From Ruditapes philippinarum (lineage: Eukaryota): 64,000 nt of DNA. Positions within the stretch are counted from its first letter, which is position 1. Each line of letters starts with the position of its first letter. The DNA lies in the NCBI RefSeq assembly GCF_026571515.1, contig NW_026853980.1:62001-126000 (forward strand), read 5' to 3'. A program made the position numbers and the translations under genes. The notes beneath the pieces were generated by a model. That model did no database searches and was not told where the DNA came from. It saw only the letters and a program-made list of their open reading frames with translations. Positions 11,844 to 26,039 of this stretch are shown in pieces.

Positions 11844-14800
11844 TTTAATGCAGTAACGAATATCCTTTATCAAATGGGAATCGTGATCGTTATAATCGAA
11901 CTGTCTGTCAGTTAGTTTTTCATTCGCCTACAAATCAAACTGACGTGAGAATGGTAAAATTGTCCACATCTGATAAACAAATGATAGGTTGTGTCTTGCT
12001 TGGGCATGGACCATAGTATCTCCCATACCTTCAGAATTTAGTTTAAGAATGAAACGCAACATTTTTGTGAATTGAATAAGTTAAAGACCTTGGTTAAAAT
12101 AACAACATTCTTAGAATAAAATTTAGAGCAGCATCTCTGATAATTTAATAATGTCACGGTAGAAAAGAAAAGTTAATTATAATCTAACTTACTGTCGTCC
12201 ATGCAGTAAATCATGTATATACATTGTCTTTTAAAGTCAAAAACAACAACGGTGACCTGCTTGAAATGATAACACTTTGAGTATAAAAATGCAGTTATTT
12301 TATTCTAAATGTTTATCTGAAATTATACTATCTGATGTATCTTTTCAGAGCGAACAAAACCAGTTATACGTACAAATGCGCCAGTATATGGAATCAAATG
12401 CGGCAGAACATCGAACAAATACTTTAGATAAACAAGCTTTGAACATGCATGCAAAAAGTACCTTCCCCTACTAATATTATTGATTTATTTTGTATATCTT
12501 CCCATCGGGATATCAAAGGGTTGTTAAATACATAAAATGAAAAATGGAATATCGTATATTCATATCGTATATATATAGTTCATACGTTAATAGAACACAC
12601 AGTGAATATATGGCTTTGATAAATGGATATTATTCTTTTTTTGATGAGCTTTCCAGAGCAAAAAAAAGTTTATATTCCTTCCAAAATAATATGATGTTCA
12701 ATGATAACTATATTTAAATACAAGGCAAAGTGATTTCAATTCTAATTTTTATCCTAAATAAAGATAAAATAACTGCCTATATAATAATTCTCAATGTTAA
12801 CTTATTCGTTCATGTGTCATATAATGTTGTTGTAAGAGTATTATGTCTTTTTAACTTAAGTTTTACTCTTGTATTGTCTATATAGTCTATATAGTCCAAA
12901 GGAAAAGGAGGATATATTTTTCATACCTCAAAATAGAGAGAAAAAAGCGAAATATGTAAAGAACGCTGTAAAAGGCAAATGGAAGCCAATAAGAATACAT
13001 TTCATTATATAAAAAACACACGGCTAACAAACACATCAACAGATGCTTAGCGCATTAGAATGTTCATTATCTGATTAAATTAACCTACCCTGCAATGTGA
13101 ATTCAATGATTAAAGCGTTAAATACAGCCCATTGTTCGTTTAGCCAATCAATAACATAAGCCGCAACAAAACCAAAAGTCTTTGTATGTCATATGATTCA
13201 TCAGTGAATGTATGTTGAAACATTTGCTTTAGCAAATAAAAACGTATGGTCCAGGTTGTGCTGTTTAAATTTATATTTACCATATACAAACATTTTATTT
13301 TATTGACAATCATTGGTTGCACTTAACGTACTAAAGTGCAATTATCAGAATACTAAAGTACAATTATCAGAACTTTAGACAAATGATGTATGGAGAACAA
13401 AATACTAGATGATTGGTGTCTGCCATATAAAGAAGAATTTACAACAGAATTATACGATATCGACACAAATAATAGTAATAGTATATTAGTAGGATTTTAT
13501 AACTGAATAAACAATTTTGATGTTGTCTGTCACATGTCTGTAAAGTAAGGAAGGTTTCAACAACTTGAGGGGCAAACACTTTAACACAAGCTGGCTTTAC
13601 TTGCAAACTTTACAAACAATTTTACAAGATTAACGTTCCAAATAACATAACTATTTTAATAATGCCTTGCTTATGATGCTGGGGTTTTATTGAGGTTCAA
13701 AGTATTGGACCCTCAACATAAATTATGTAATGACATTTAATATTTGAATTACAAAACAATCTTTAAAAGCTGCCATACAGAACTTATCATGCGCTGTTGT
13801 GGGTACAGTAAGAGTCCTCGTATGCAATATAGTAAAGATTAAAACTAATGTGTCTAGTAATGGAATATAATGAAAGGTGGAAACTTGATTTTATACATAA
13901 CAAAATACAGTCATATATGATAGACAGATACTAGGTCCTAAATGATACTATCCGAAATTACATGCATATGCTTCACAGAATGTATAAATAAATGAAAAAT
14001 AAAAGACTTTTATCAATTAGTTACCGATATCTTGGCATGATAATCTTAAATATCATTTTGCCGTACAAAGCAGCTATAAATTCGACATTATGTTATTGTT
14101 GTTTAGATTTACGATCAATTGCAAAACATGATCATACAAATAAAATAAAATATGGATCACTGAGTTTTCTTTTCTTTTTCTTCCCTTTGAAAAATCACAT
14201 ACAACTGTATATATTGCGACTTCTATAATAATACTAGCTTGTACTGTCGAGCAAGTCAAAGTATGTAGCAATAATGAAATATTCTAGCCCACTTCAGAGG
14301 ATTGCGCTACTGAAAAATTGATAAGTTGGCAGACATTCCCTTATTGTGAATGGTAAACCATCGTATTAGACGCTTTGAGGAATCCGAAGATACAGCAATC
14401 TTGCATTCAACGTACTGATGTTACTTCAAGTAAATTAGCCAATATCATTAAGGCATGGAAGCATATGCTATGGCGCACATAAGCTTTTTTCAAAGGGTTT
14501 ATGCTGTTCTTTTCCCGAGTTGGTATTTTTACGGAGAAATGTCATGATTATCAACAAGGTTTTGATTTTCATATAAAATTTAGATCAATGAAACAATGTG
14601 GTTTATAAATATAAAAAAAACATAGTTTAATCGAGGACTAAAGATGTCTTGGAACACAACCAAACAGAAAACTGAAAAAGAGTTGCAGTTTTGCAATAGG
14701 TTGTATGAAGACTGCTACAAGTATTTACGGCACGATATGGCCAGTTATGTGTTGACGTGCCGTAAAAATAAAAAAAAACAACATTTAATGTACAACAATG

Positions 14801-15494
14801 TTATAAATAAGCCAGTTATTATAATCAATCAATACTATTTATAAAATATCATCAATATACGTTTATAAATATTATTTATAACCACTCTAGACAACAGCTT
14901 AATCTTCCTATTGATCTTTGAGCAGATGTTTAATAATATTTCATCTTAATTTGTTATAAATACTTAAACATATCAAAACAAAAAAGAACGTTTAAGGAGA
15001 AAATGATAAAGATTGATCTGGATTTTCGCTTTAAAAACTATGTTTGTAAACTAATAATAATCTTCGGGAAAATATGAATCAATCATTCGCTAGATATTTG
15101 TAGATAAATCTAATATCCAATATAATGTTTCGTTTATTTTAAACTATTTACATTTTTGACTCAAATATTATTTCTCTGTTCACCTCATACTTAACATTAA
15201 CAGATTTTGCAGTAATATGCACATATTAAATCATTTGGAAAAAAAGTAAACACATATAACATTATTTAGAAACATTTACCTTATTTTTATCACTTTCCAG
15301 TTTAAGAACATGTAATCCTGTTTAATAAAATTGTATCTTTCACTGCAAAATAAATGCTTCTTAAGTTTGCAAAATCCCAGAATCCGTGTTTTTTGTTTGC
15401 AATAATTTCCTATCCCGCTTACATTTTATTATTCTTATTAACTCTCACTTTATCTATCGTGCTATGTTTGTCAGATTTCATATTGCCTCGTCTC

Positions 15495-15670
15495 CTTTTA
15501 TAGCATAACAGTGATAAAACTAAACCGCTGGTATTTTCCAATTTCTAGTTTATACTCTAGGCAACAGATGGCTATGAAAGGACTTCAATCTATCGGATTT
15601 GTTCGCTAGTTGTAGTAAGAGAAAGCAATCTTCAATTGCCTGGACGGTCAATTAACTAATTTGCAAATAG
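15495..15670 (-). promoter_or_regulatory. Candidate TATA promoter with conserved upstream block (paralogs at 21939-22110 and 27024-27208)
   Basis: Minus-strand GCTATAAAAGG here, GCTATATAAGG in unit C, mutated GCTACTTAAGG in unit B. Upstream CAGATG E-box, GGATTTGTTCGCTAG and TGCAAATAG are conserved in all three. Function inferred. Confidence 0.4.
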
Positions 15671-15827
15671 TGTTCTCATTAAGGTGTAATGTCTAACTTA
15701 ACTTTCTTACTGTCTTTCAAAAGGGCTTGACAAGGATTTAGAGATGACTTAAAAAGTGATTTTATTTTTATTAAACGTACGCCTTTTTTTACTGTCATAA
15801 CAATAGTGAAATGTTTATGGGAATTCA

Positions 15828-16000
15828 TTAAGCCTTTATGACAAAACGGAACTAAATTTTTTTCAAGATTTTTTGTTTCATTGGATGTATGTATAAACCA
15901 ATAGCTTGTGTTTAAAATTTCAGATCATTTGCTCACTCCGTTTTTCCAGAATAAATATTTTTATTGTGAAACATGACCCAAAATTGAAAAGCGTTGCAAG
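15828..16000. mobile_element. Fragment of a dispersed DNA-transposon-like repeat, also at ~63270-63487
   Basis: GATGTATGT..ACCA..AAAATTT..AGATCATTYGCTCAYTCCGTTT.TCCAGAA..TGAAA.ATGACCCA.AATTGAAAA..GTTGCAA shared; absent from the matching position in units B/C. Confidence 0.7.
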
Positions 16001-16297
16001 GCAAAGTGACACAATGAAAAAAAACAAGCACATTTGTAGTTTATTCTACATTTAATTTATTGCTTTTCCTAGTTTTCAAACAATTCTCCTACGTTTACAG
16101 ACATGACTGTATTCAATGTATAAACTCGGGTCATTGTCTGTTCTTTCGGTTTAACACAATTACAAAGCACAGAACTTTACATTGAACGCATTCCATGTAT
16201 ATTAGCCTCCAGGGAAAAGCAAATAACTCTCTGTTATAGACTAAGATTTGTATTTTGTTAAAATATTTATTGAAATCAATATCTAAAGTTCGAGTGA

Positions 16298-16350
16298 AGC
16301 ACGCTCACGAACGCATGCACTGCACGCACACACGCACGCACGCACATACA
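16298..16350. repeat. (GCAC)n microsatellite
   Basis: GCACGCTCACGAACGCATGCACTGCACGCACACACGCACGCACGCACATACA. Confidence 0.85.
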
Positions 16351-19300
16351 AACATTCAAAGACATATCACACATGATCTAATTTAAAACAACATAATCAT
16401 TCCCGTTAATGATTCAAACATTTCCTTTTTCTTGTGGAAAATAAAGATACTTTCAGACAAAGCGCTTAATGATCTACATAATTTGTATAAAAGACATTGT
16501 CACGTGACTAGTCTTTGTCATATGGTTTTTATGCGCATGAAGTGATACGCTATACTTCACACTGTAAGTACTTCAATAATTTTCATTCTCAAAGAAATCT
16601 TAGTAATAGCAGATCAAAGATTAAAGTAACATTTTGTTATTTGTTAAGATCACTTCATAACAATAACTTATATATATGTGTGCAGTTTTTTAGGTGGTGT
16701 GCGCAGTGTAAAATGATGCAATAAGAATGGAAAATGATACAAGAACTTAAGTTTCATTTATAATGCCACTTAATGGCAAAGAACCTATTATGTGTTAGTG
16801 TCTTGATTTGGAACATGACTCTCTAGTCATATCAATGAAAATCTATAATGTAATAACAATTTAGTAATATTTACTATTTCAAAATATATGATACTATTTT
16901 CAACAAGAGCATTACGCAAAAATATAGTTTAGTTTAATCAAAAACCGACAAAAGTAAGACGTTAATTTATATAGAAATGCTGTCTAGTCCAGAAATAGAC
17001 AATTCAATAACAGATATATGCACTCGATCTCTCCTTGAGTGATTCTTTGTAACGATATTGTATTGAAACATCTCAGCGTTAAAACTACTTTAACACTTAC
17101 TAATATCAGTCTTCATGTAACGTGTATACATACTAACATATGAAATTCTTATTGCTTGAAACAATGATTTAGAAATTATAGACTAAATAAAGACAAAAAA
17201 TAAACCTCCATAAAATTAACTCTGACATTTCTTTTTTCTTTCTTTTCATGATGTTTGGTATGTTAGAAATGCCCAAAAGTATATTGTATATGCAGATATG
17301 CCATTAAACTAAGTCTGTCACTGTTATCATCATGCACGAGTAAGATGTTTTACTTAAATGCCAATACACTGAAATTGTTATACTCGACCATGAATAAGAT
17401 GATAGAGAGAAAGGCCTTATTAAATAGAACAATTTGATTTTTTAATCATCTGCTTGTTACAATAATTCTTATAACGGTATGAAACACAAAACATATATGT
17501 TTTACTTATGCATACAAGACTGTTGGTATCTGGGCCATAAAACTTCCTATTTTGAACATTAAGTTTGTTATTGTTATATTTTTTCAACGTTATAATTGTT
17601 TGTTAGACTTAATTGCTCGCCAACTACAATACTTATTATACACATATCCTTTTATTGCCTGTTCTTTCACAGATAACCAATTTATGTAAATATAAAGACA
17701 TAAAAGATGCAAAAAGGTACAGAGGCGAAAATGAATCGTTGACCCCTATGAACGTAGAGCAGACTAACTGACTTCCAATATCAAATTGAAACAGATGGTT
17801 CTGAAAAGCACAACAGTTTCTCTTGATATACTCTGTAATTATAGCTCGTGGAATGATTGGAATGAAGACGACTCAGTTGTAGCTAATAACGGTGTGTCTA
17901 GAACACAACCATAATGGTAATGATGTCCTTTACCTAAGGCCTTTAAAATATAATGTGATGTGAATATGTTTAATAAATAAAACAAAGAGTAAGAATATTT
18001 AATTTTTTTTTTAGAAATGACCTGAAAAAGAAGAATATGTTGCAAGCAATGACAACAACTAGTGTGATAGAATCTGTTAATGAAAGATAAGGAAAACTGC
18101 TACATCTTCAACCTCCCCTCCAAGGCACCGGCATTTGCGGTATTCAATTTTCAATACATTATTATTATGTGCTGGATTCATGATCCCGAAAGACACTAGC
18201 ATTGGAGTTAAGTATACACATATAAATACATTTTTTTTTAAATTCAACAGCAGTTTCCAGTTTTTTTTCATGAACGTACGAGTAATTTTGATAGCAAGAA
18301 CATTAATATCACATTTCTCTTTTAGAAATCTGATAAATGAGTTTATTGTTTTCAAAATCTTAATCATTTCTGCACCTGCAGGTAATGTATTGACCTTTTG
18401 TCTTAAACTGGGTTTGAAAGGTATAACTTACCTACTTTAGATTCAGAATTGTGTGTTTGACTTATCATTGCCTCTAATAAAAGAAAACTGTCTGAATATA
18501 AGTACAGACAAAGATTTGTACAACAATGCAAAATAAACTGTACAGAGGTTGACAGACCGCTAACATAATTATGTTTAACAACCAGAACAAACATTGTATT
18601 GTCAAATCAATATTTTCTAATTAAAAACATCCTTCAGTTTACTCACTTAATAAATTCAACGCAAACGAATGAGAATATTATTTGAAAGATTATCTAGAAG
18701 TATCCATTTTTATAAGTTTATATATATATAATAGATCAAAATACACAAAACAAACAAATTTAAAGTACATTTAACCTAAATGATGACTAAATCTTTAATA
18801 GTGAACAATTTAATGACACGGTCAACTAATATAGAATGACTTCTTCCCTTTTCCAGCTTCCAGCAGTATTCAATGTTTAAATGCCCAAGATGAACACATT
18901 TTTGTGTTACATTTTTCTTCATGCAAACATTGCCAAAAGAAATTTACTGCTAAACATTATATAAAACATGAAATCCGGATCCATTAACTTTCAGACATTT
19001 ATTTCAAGTGAAGTCAATGGCTTCTATATATTTATATAAACGTAAGAAAACGATCGTTTCAAGTAAAATAACTCTTACATTGTAAAATTCTTCGCCCAAT
19101 TACACAGATATAAACTTGTCCGTTAAGTATTCATTACCGTAAAAAGTACAATAATTAAATATTCATAGACATACCAGATCATTAAGCTTATGATGTTTTT
19201 TTAATATTTACTCTACATTCAATATCATATAGAAAACTATAAAGTCGAAAACGATATAATAGATTTAGGAATAAATCTAGAAAACCTGAACACATTGCTG

Positions 19301-21010
19301 TCTCTTTATTTGCCCTATGTTCCCCGATACTTTTTAAATGTTGGTTTATTGCGTTTGGTAACAAATTCGTTAGATAAGTTTTTGTTTGCGCTTTTATTTA
19401 TACTGACCGCCTAGACGAATCCATATATCAAAATTGAATGGAGACGTTTTTATATTGTAACAGTCTGTCATGGATAAGAATATATATGATGCAATCACGA
19501 ATATCCATTAGGAAACGGTGACCACGATCGCTTTCATCAAACTGTGTATCAGATATTCTTCATTCGTATAAGAACCAACTTGATGAAGGATGTTGACTAA
19601 CGTTGATAGTATAAAATGTATTCATCCTTCATCCTAACACAGGAATTGTTTATTTGAGTCCTGTCCTAACAGGATTGTATATCTAAGTTTACCTTTAGAA
19701 AGCTTACTTTTCCTACATTGTTTATAAAAAGAAACTCTCAAATAGATTTTACGATATTATATTATAGTTGACAACGTCATATTTACAAATGTAACAGTTA
19801 TGAAAACCGTGTATGCATTGATGTGGAGTGTAGTGGTTTGGACCTGGATTAGTCCTCTTAATTTTCACAGGTCCTCATATCTTGTCAAAATGAGCAAAAA
19901 TTCATACAAAACAATGCATTACGAAACGGCAGAAAACTACTTTGAAGACACATGTTTTCTTTCTTTTTTCTCTTTTTTTATATTCTTATTTTTTTGGTTC
20001 CCTTTTTTGTGGTCTTTTGCTTCTTCCTTTCTTAAGTTAAATTGTTGCATTCTCTTTGAATTATAGAAAACAAAACCTTTATAGATGCAAGAATTACCTT
20101 CCTCTTATAACATTATATTATTTCAGTTTCCTTTGGATATAGTTATAATGACATAATACACTAATAAACTATCTATTTTTCATTTGGTTTATACGTAATG
20201 AGAATACACAGAGGGTATATGGTTTCAATAAACGGATATTAATATCGATTGACGAACTTCTAGGAGTAAAATGATACATGCTTTATACAGTCATTCAGAA
20301 AAACCATGTTGAACCTGTCAAAAGGATTTGAAACAAAATATCTAAAGTGTCTTTTAGAAAAAGATCAATAAGGCACACAAAACAGGTCTGAAATGACAGT
20401 TCATCTTAGTATTATGTGTGATTACGCCTTGTGCGGTTATAAAATACGTCTCAAAATACGTTTTGATATTGAAAACAGATAAACATCTAGGAATTACGTA
20501 GTGCATTTTGTTGTTTTATACAAAATAAATCATTGCAATAACTGTATTTTTCTTAAACAGTTTATAACAAAATGTCTTATGTCTCATTCTTTAGATAGAG
20601 TAACTTAATAGCACTCAATGCTTTATAAACTCACTTGTCCCACTCTTTGAACTTATCGGTACTGATTTTATACTTTAAAACGAAGGAAATACCGAGCAGA
20701 TGTCAATATCTAGTTTCCTCAAAATAAACTTCAAATGTGAAAAGGTTGTTTAAGGGATTTGTTTGGTTTTACGGCGCACGAAAGCAATATAGGTACACGT
20801 GATAAATTTTGAAATAAAGACAATTTCACCTCTTAGCTTTTAGCGATATACAGTTCAGTACAAAGTGATAATTTCAATAAATAAATCATCTTTTTGTTGA
20901 ATAAAATTCATGTTAAATGGTTTATAAATGTTATTCAAACAGTTGTTTCAATGATCCCAATCGCTTATGATAACCTCCTACTCCAGAATACATATAATAG
21001 TAAACATTAG

Positions 21011-21097
21011 AATGGGTCTCCAAATTAAGACCGACTCGATAATAAGACCACTTTTACCAGGACCCCAAAGTGGTCTCAATAGCGAGACTTTACTGTA
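21011..21097. mobile_element. Right half of a pogo/Tigger-like MITE
   Basis: Repeated TAAGACC/GGTCTC motifs ending ...ACTTTACTG|TA. Confidence 0.55.
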
Positions 21098-24000
21098 TAT
21101 AAAATGCTTGAAAATCAAGGGTTAGACCTACAGAGCATTGATTCATTAATTTTAATATTATGTCCAAAGAAATGGTATGTGAAAATGGAAAGCAAATGAA
21201 GAAGTTGACTACACATTCTAGTAAATAGAATAATATGTTTTTACAAATGTTTATAACTTTAATATGTTGAAATATCTGAAAACATATTGCAATATAAAAT
21301 CGAAAGATAAAATATTGCGATATTCAATATATTGCGATAAATTGCATAACCCTTTTCTAAATTAATCATTGCATGTTGATTATGAAATGTACATATACGG
21401 ACATATATCACAGAGTTATAATCATATTTGATCCGAAGCTATCTAGAAACACAATTATAAATATATCAACTAATAAGCATTTTCACAAGTCTTATTAAAC
21501 GATTTATAGGCCCTATAAACATATTGATTTCACTCATTTTATGAACAAGAAACCAATAAACATAAAGCTATCAAATTGTTTTGAAATAATTTACACATTT
21601 ATAATTAATTTTGGAAAAATAAAAACAAAAGCAACAACAATAAAACATTCTCATAAAGAAGCATCTTGCATAGAAAATAATTGAAAAATTGTCATGATCG
21701 TACTTTTTGCATATTAAAGTCTATTAAATCAATTTCTAAACACATTATACATGACCATTTATTGTTTGGTGTGAAACCGCGTTTCAGAAAATGTCTTTTG
21801 GATTTTGTCCATGTTCTTTAGTTGTTGTTAATGATGTTTTGTTTTGTTTTTATATCTTTAAAGAAATTCCTTTTCATGCAACTTTAACTCTGCCTCTATT
21901 GCTTCTTTTTTTATCACGTTTTTACATTTCCTAGCATCCTTAAGTAGCAAATCAGCCGTAAAGCTTAACTGTTGGTATTTTTCAATTTCTATTTTATACT
22001 CTATTTATACATTCGCAACAGATGGCTATAAAAGAGCATGCGTCTATCGGATTTGTTCGCTAGGTTTTGTAAGATAAAACTTTCTTCACTTGCCTCTAAT
22101 CTGCAAATAGCACATTCACTACAAATCTTAATTAACATTCCTAATGTTTGGTTAATTGGTTTGACAGCGTTTCTTATAGTAACAAATATATGATAATACA
22201 TAGTTAATTGTGCAATATATGCTGTGCCTTTTTATTTTGTTTCTCTCTACATTATTGTACATGTAAGACATGCTTACTTTGCTTTTTGATTTTGTATTGT
22301 AATTATTATTTATGCGGACAAGGTGCTATGCTCAATTCCGAAAAATTAAATAAGTATTAAGCTGTATTCTACATTCATTTTATTTGAAGCAATAAACTAA
22401 GTTAAAATGTTCGCAATATGTTCTTAAAGTATGCTTCTCCAAGTTTCAAACCAATGCTTATATTATCAGACATGTTTTGCATATTGAAACACAGAGTCAC
22501 AGAGTCTGCGCTACATGTTTTAGATCTTTTCTGACTGAATAACACACTCATGAAGCAAATAATTGCACATTGATAACACTTGCCGAGTCTATTAGGCTGC
22601 AGAGAAAAAATAATACCACTATCTCATAGCCTACGATTTGTATGTGGGTTAAATTATTCATTAAAATCAATATCCAGGTTTGAAATTACATTTCTTGGTG
22701 TTACCAACACACATCTTAGACATCCTATTGTCAGACACTGTTGCATTTCTAGAAATAACCCGATTATTACATTTCTCTACTGGATGATAGTGGTATTTGC
22801 AAACAAATCACTAATGATCTATAAAACTAGCTGATCTGTTAATTGTTGTATAAGAATTTTTCACATGACTTGTTTATTCATTCTATGGCTTGTTTGAGTA
22901 TCAAAAACATTTCCTGCCTATGAAAACCGGTTGATTACATGTTCAGAATTATCTAGGAAAATATAAAGAAATAGAAATATCAAAGATTTATTTGTGTCAT
23001 TATTTGCGCAGTACAAGGCACTCAATTGAAAAAGGAAACATGTGGAAAACTAAGAATTAACCCATGCTAAATATGTTAAAAATGAGTCAACTTGAAATGA
23101 ATCGCTTGTTGAAGCGAAGAGGTTTGACGTTACTATACAGATGGTAATATTATCATATATATCAAAATGAGTATATACATATCTTACATTTCAAACAATA
23201 TAAAATCTTTTGCTTTAGACAAAGATTTGTGCATTTATACACCGCATATAATGACAATATTTGGACATCAATTTTGCAAATTCAACTCTTCAGTCGCAAT
23301 GAGAACATAAAACCTTTTATCAATAAATAGCAATAATTTATCTTAAAATGGCATGTTTGCCAAATTCTCATCCAATACTGTTTGTACCGCGTCACTTAAA
23401 ACGACTTAAAAGTCTTACTTTCAATTTTAGCATCGTTGCTGATTCATGTGTTTGTTGTTAATTAAGGGTGTAAATAATTGAACCTAATTTTAATTATGGA
23501 TATTGCTGTAACAAAAAGATTCGTGACCAAATAAGATTGAAGTTAAAAGCAAACGTGCAAAGGTGAAGAGAAGTTGTCTACTTGTAACCATAGTTTACAT
23601 AAAGAAGATTTGGCGTATTTCATTATTACATTTGGAACAGCTGTTTTTGAAAGCACTAATGGATATAGTATGTAATAATTATTATACATTGTAGGATGAT
23701 TGATAATAAAGATGACACGGTTGCTGTCAATAATGATTGGTCTAGAAAAAAAATCAAAATGACAATGATGCCCTTAAGCAACTAATTTGACGACAGAAGT
23801 ACGTTCATTTAACCTAACGACTTTTATATGTTACTGATTTATTAAATCATTTATTTATTAATTATGTAAATATATAAAAAAAAAATCGTCAATCACTTGT
23901 GACTGTTTTGCTACTCATTATATTCATGTATGCTTGCATATTTGTATGTCAGTATAGTTTTCAACTAAAGGACATCTTAAATGCATTAAATACTCGCTCA

Positions 24001-25122
24001 TTTTATCAAAACATATTATCATGCTTGCAATACGCTAAAAAGACGTTTTCAGTTTGTTCATTTCTTCGTAGTTCTTTTAAAACAACTGTTTTTAATTCTT
24101 TTTTTTTGAAGAGTTGTTTATTTATTGCATAAATGATAATTACTTTGTATATCTTTTCTTTAAAACCTAGCTTTCATTTATTGCCATTGACAAATCTTTG
24201 ATTTTATAAAGCAAACAAATCTTTGAATTACACAAATCTTTACAAAAGTATTGATCAGAAATATGACACTTTTATCTTTAATAATGCTTGAATCATTCTG
24301 CCTTTGATCTGATTTACCGCTTTCTTGTGTTTTATGTGATTGTCTTCATATTACAGAGGCCTTCGCGTGACTCCTGTACGCTTAATTAATATGATAAGAA
24401 GCCTGTGCAAACAGTTACAATACTCCGCATGAGGTCCTAAATAGCATGTTGTTTGTTTAGTTTTTGTAATTTGAACTGTATTGATGATTACAGAATAAAA
24501 TTTCTTCTGCGAAATTGAATATGTTAAATGTTCACAGTCATGTATGAAGATACAAAATAATTTGGAGAGTTTTTCAAAAGGTTAACTAAAACGTTAACAA
24601 TTACATGTTCCTACTTTCCCATGAAGTTAACTAAATCTAAATGCTCATTCACCTGTGTACAACCTAATTTTGAATGTGAAATTTCTACGGGCCAGTTTTC
24701 TTAAACTTTGAACATTTCTTTGGAATTGTGCAAAACTAACTGAAACTTTATTGTATACAACTATAATTCATTTAGATATTAGAAGATTTGAAAAGTATAG
24801 CAGTCGTTAACCAATATAGCCCTAGCCATAAGCACTGACAAAGGCCTTTTAATATTGCACAATACCCTTTTAATGCAGAACGAATATTAAGTACATGGAA
24901 AATATATATGTAACGCCTGCTCAAGTTAAAAATGTTCTTAAGGCCAGGCAAGATAAATATTTAAATTGCCTTTGTTAATATGTAGAATGCAAATTAAAAA
25001 CATTGAATGCCTTTAAATTATCAATTTTGTTTTCTAAAAATTATGCTCATTGATATTATATCATATCACTTTTGATTGTTAATTGCACTTAAACTGTAAT
25101 GCTACAATTTAGCAAAATTTGT

Positions 25123-25180
25123 AATAATAATAATAATAATGATAATAACAATAATAATAATAATTTTTATTATTATTATT
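25123..25180. repeat. (AAT)n followed by (ATT)n microsatellite
   Basis: Directly visible; a shorter paralog lies at 31020-31052. Confidence 0.85.
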
Positions 25181-26039
25181 CTTTTTTATTGAAACACCAA
25201 AAACTAAAGCAACGTCGAGCGAGTTTGCACTTTAGAAGCCGTTACAAACGCTACATTTAATTCACATGATGTCATAACATGAATATCACAATATCATTGA
25301 ATGAAGTTTTTTATTACAAATATAAAATGCAACCTTTTAACCATAACAGCAATTTCAAGCTTGTTTGTATACCTATAGGTGAAAATTGTCGAAGGTATGA
25401 TTGTAATATAAGAACATTGAGAAAGTCTTTAAATTCCAAGTTTCTTTGGAGTCCTCTGGCAAATAAGCGCATTGTTCATTAAGCCTTGATTGTATCAACA
25501 ACTGCAGGCTATGCAATGCACTTTAATCCTATACAAGTCTTAAAGTCTGAAAATTAAATTCTTAAGATTTAGAATTAATCAGTCAAGCTATTATTGCTCC
25601 AAGTAAAGGAAAAACTAGCTGTATTTAAGTACAGACAAACACTTGTTTAATAATGCATAATTAATTGTGGACGAGGGAGACAGACCGTTGACAGATTGTT
25701 TACCAAAAGAACAAACATTGTCTAAGAAAAATCAATATTTTCATATTGAGATCGCCCTTCAGTTTGGTTAAGTTGTAAACTTACACAATTTGATTAACTT
25801 GAACAAAAATAAGACAATTTTTAACATTCTATGAGTCTTGATAGGTCGTTAAGGAGATGGAAGTTGTATATTAGATTATTCTTAAAGGTACGATAAGTGT
25901 TGTATCATATAACAGTTAATATAAAGATTTTATTACATTACTATGTGCTTTTGTTACTGTCTTGTAATTGTTTACCGTTAGAGATAACTATTCTTTTTGA
26001 CATTGGTTTCTGTTTCCTACTTAAATCTCAAATCCTTTT

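Larger units (their letters stand above)
15440..18640. repeat. Segmental duplicate unit A (most diverged full copy)
   Basis: Colinear matches to units B/C: GCAACAGATGGCTATGAAAG..TCGGATTTGTTCGCTAG (15561), ..GAAATCAATATC (16270), TGCGCAGTGTAA (16700), CACCTGCAGG (18373), CAGAACAAACATTGTATTGTCAAATCAATATTTTCTAATT..CATCCTTCAGTTT (18583-18640). Confidence 0.8.

Noticed and set aside
23550-23667. 118-nt exon-like frame open in both B and C (28642-28759) with AG/GTATGT ends
   Set aside because: B/C differences are spread over all three codon positions and are almost all non-synonymous, so there is no coding constraint.
24365-24440. SECIS-like GTGA...AA hairpin
   Set aside because: No matching GA quartet on the 3' side at the required spacing and no selenoprotein ORF.
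24850-24875. miR-92-like TATTGCAC seed (also 30689)
   Set aside because: No pre-miRNA hairpin placing it on a 3' arm, and the 3' part does not match the family.
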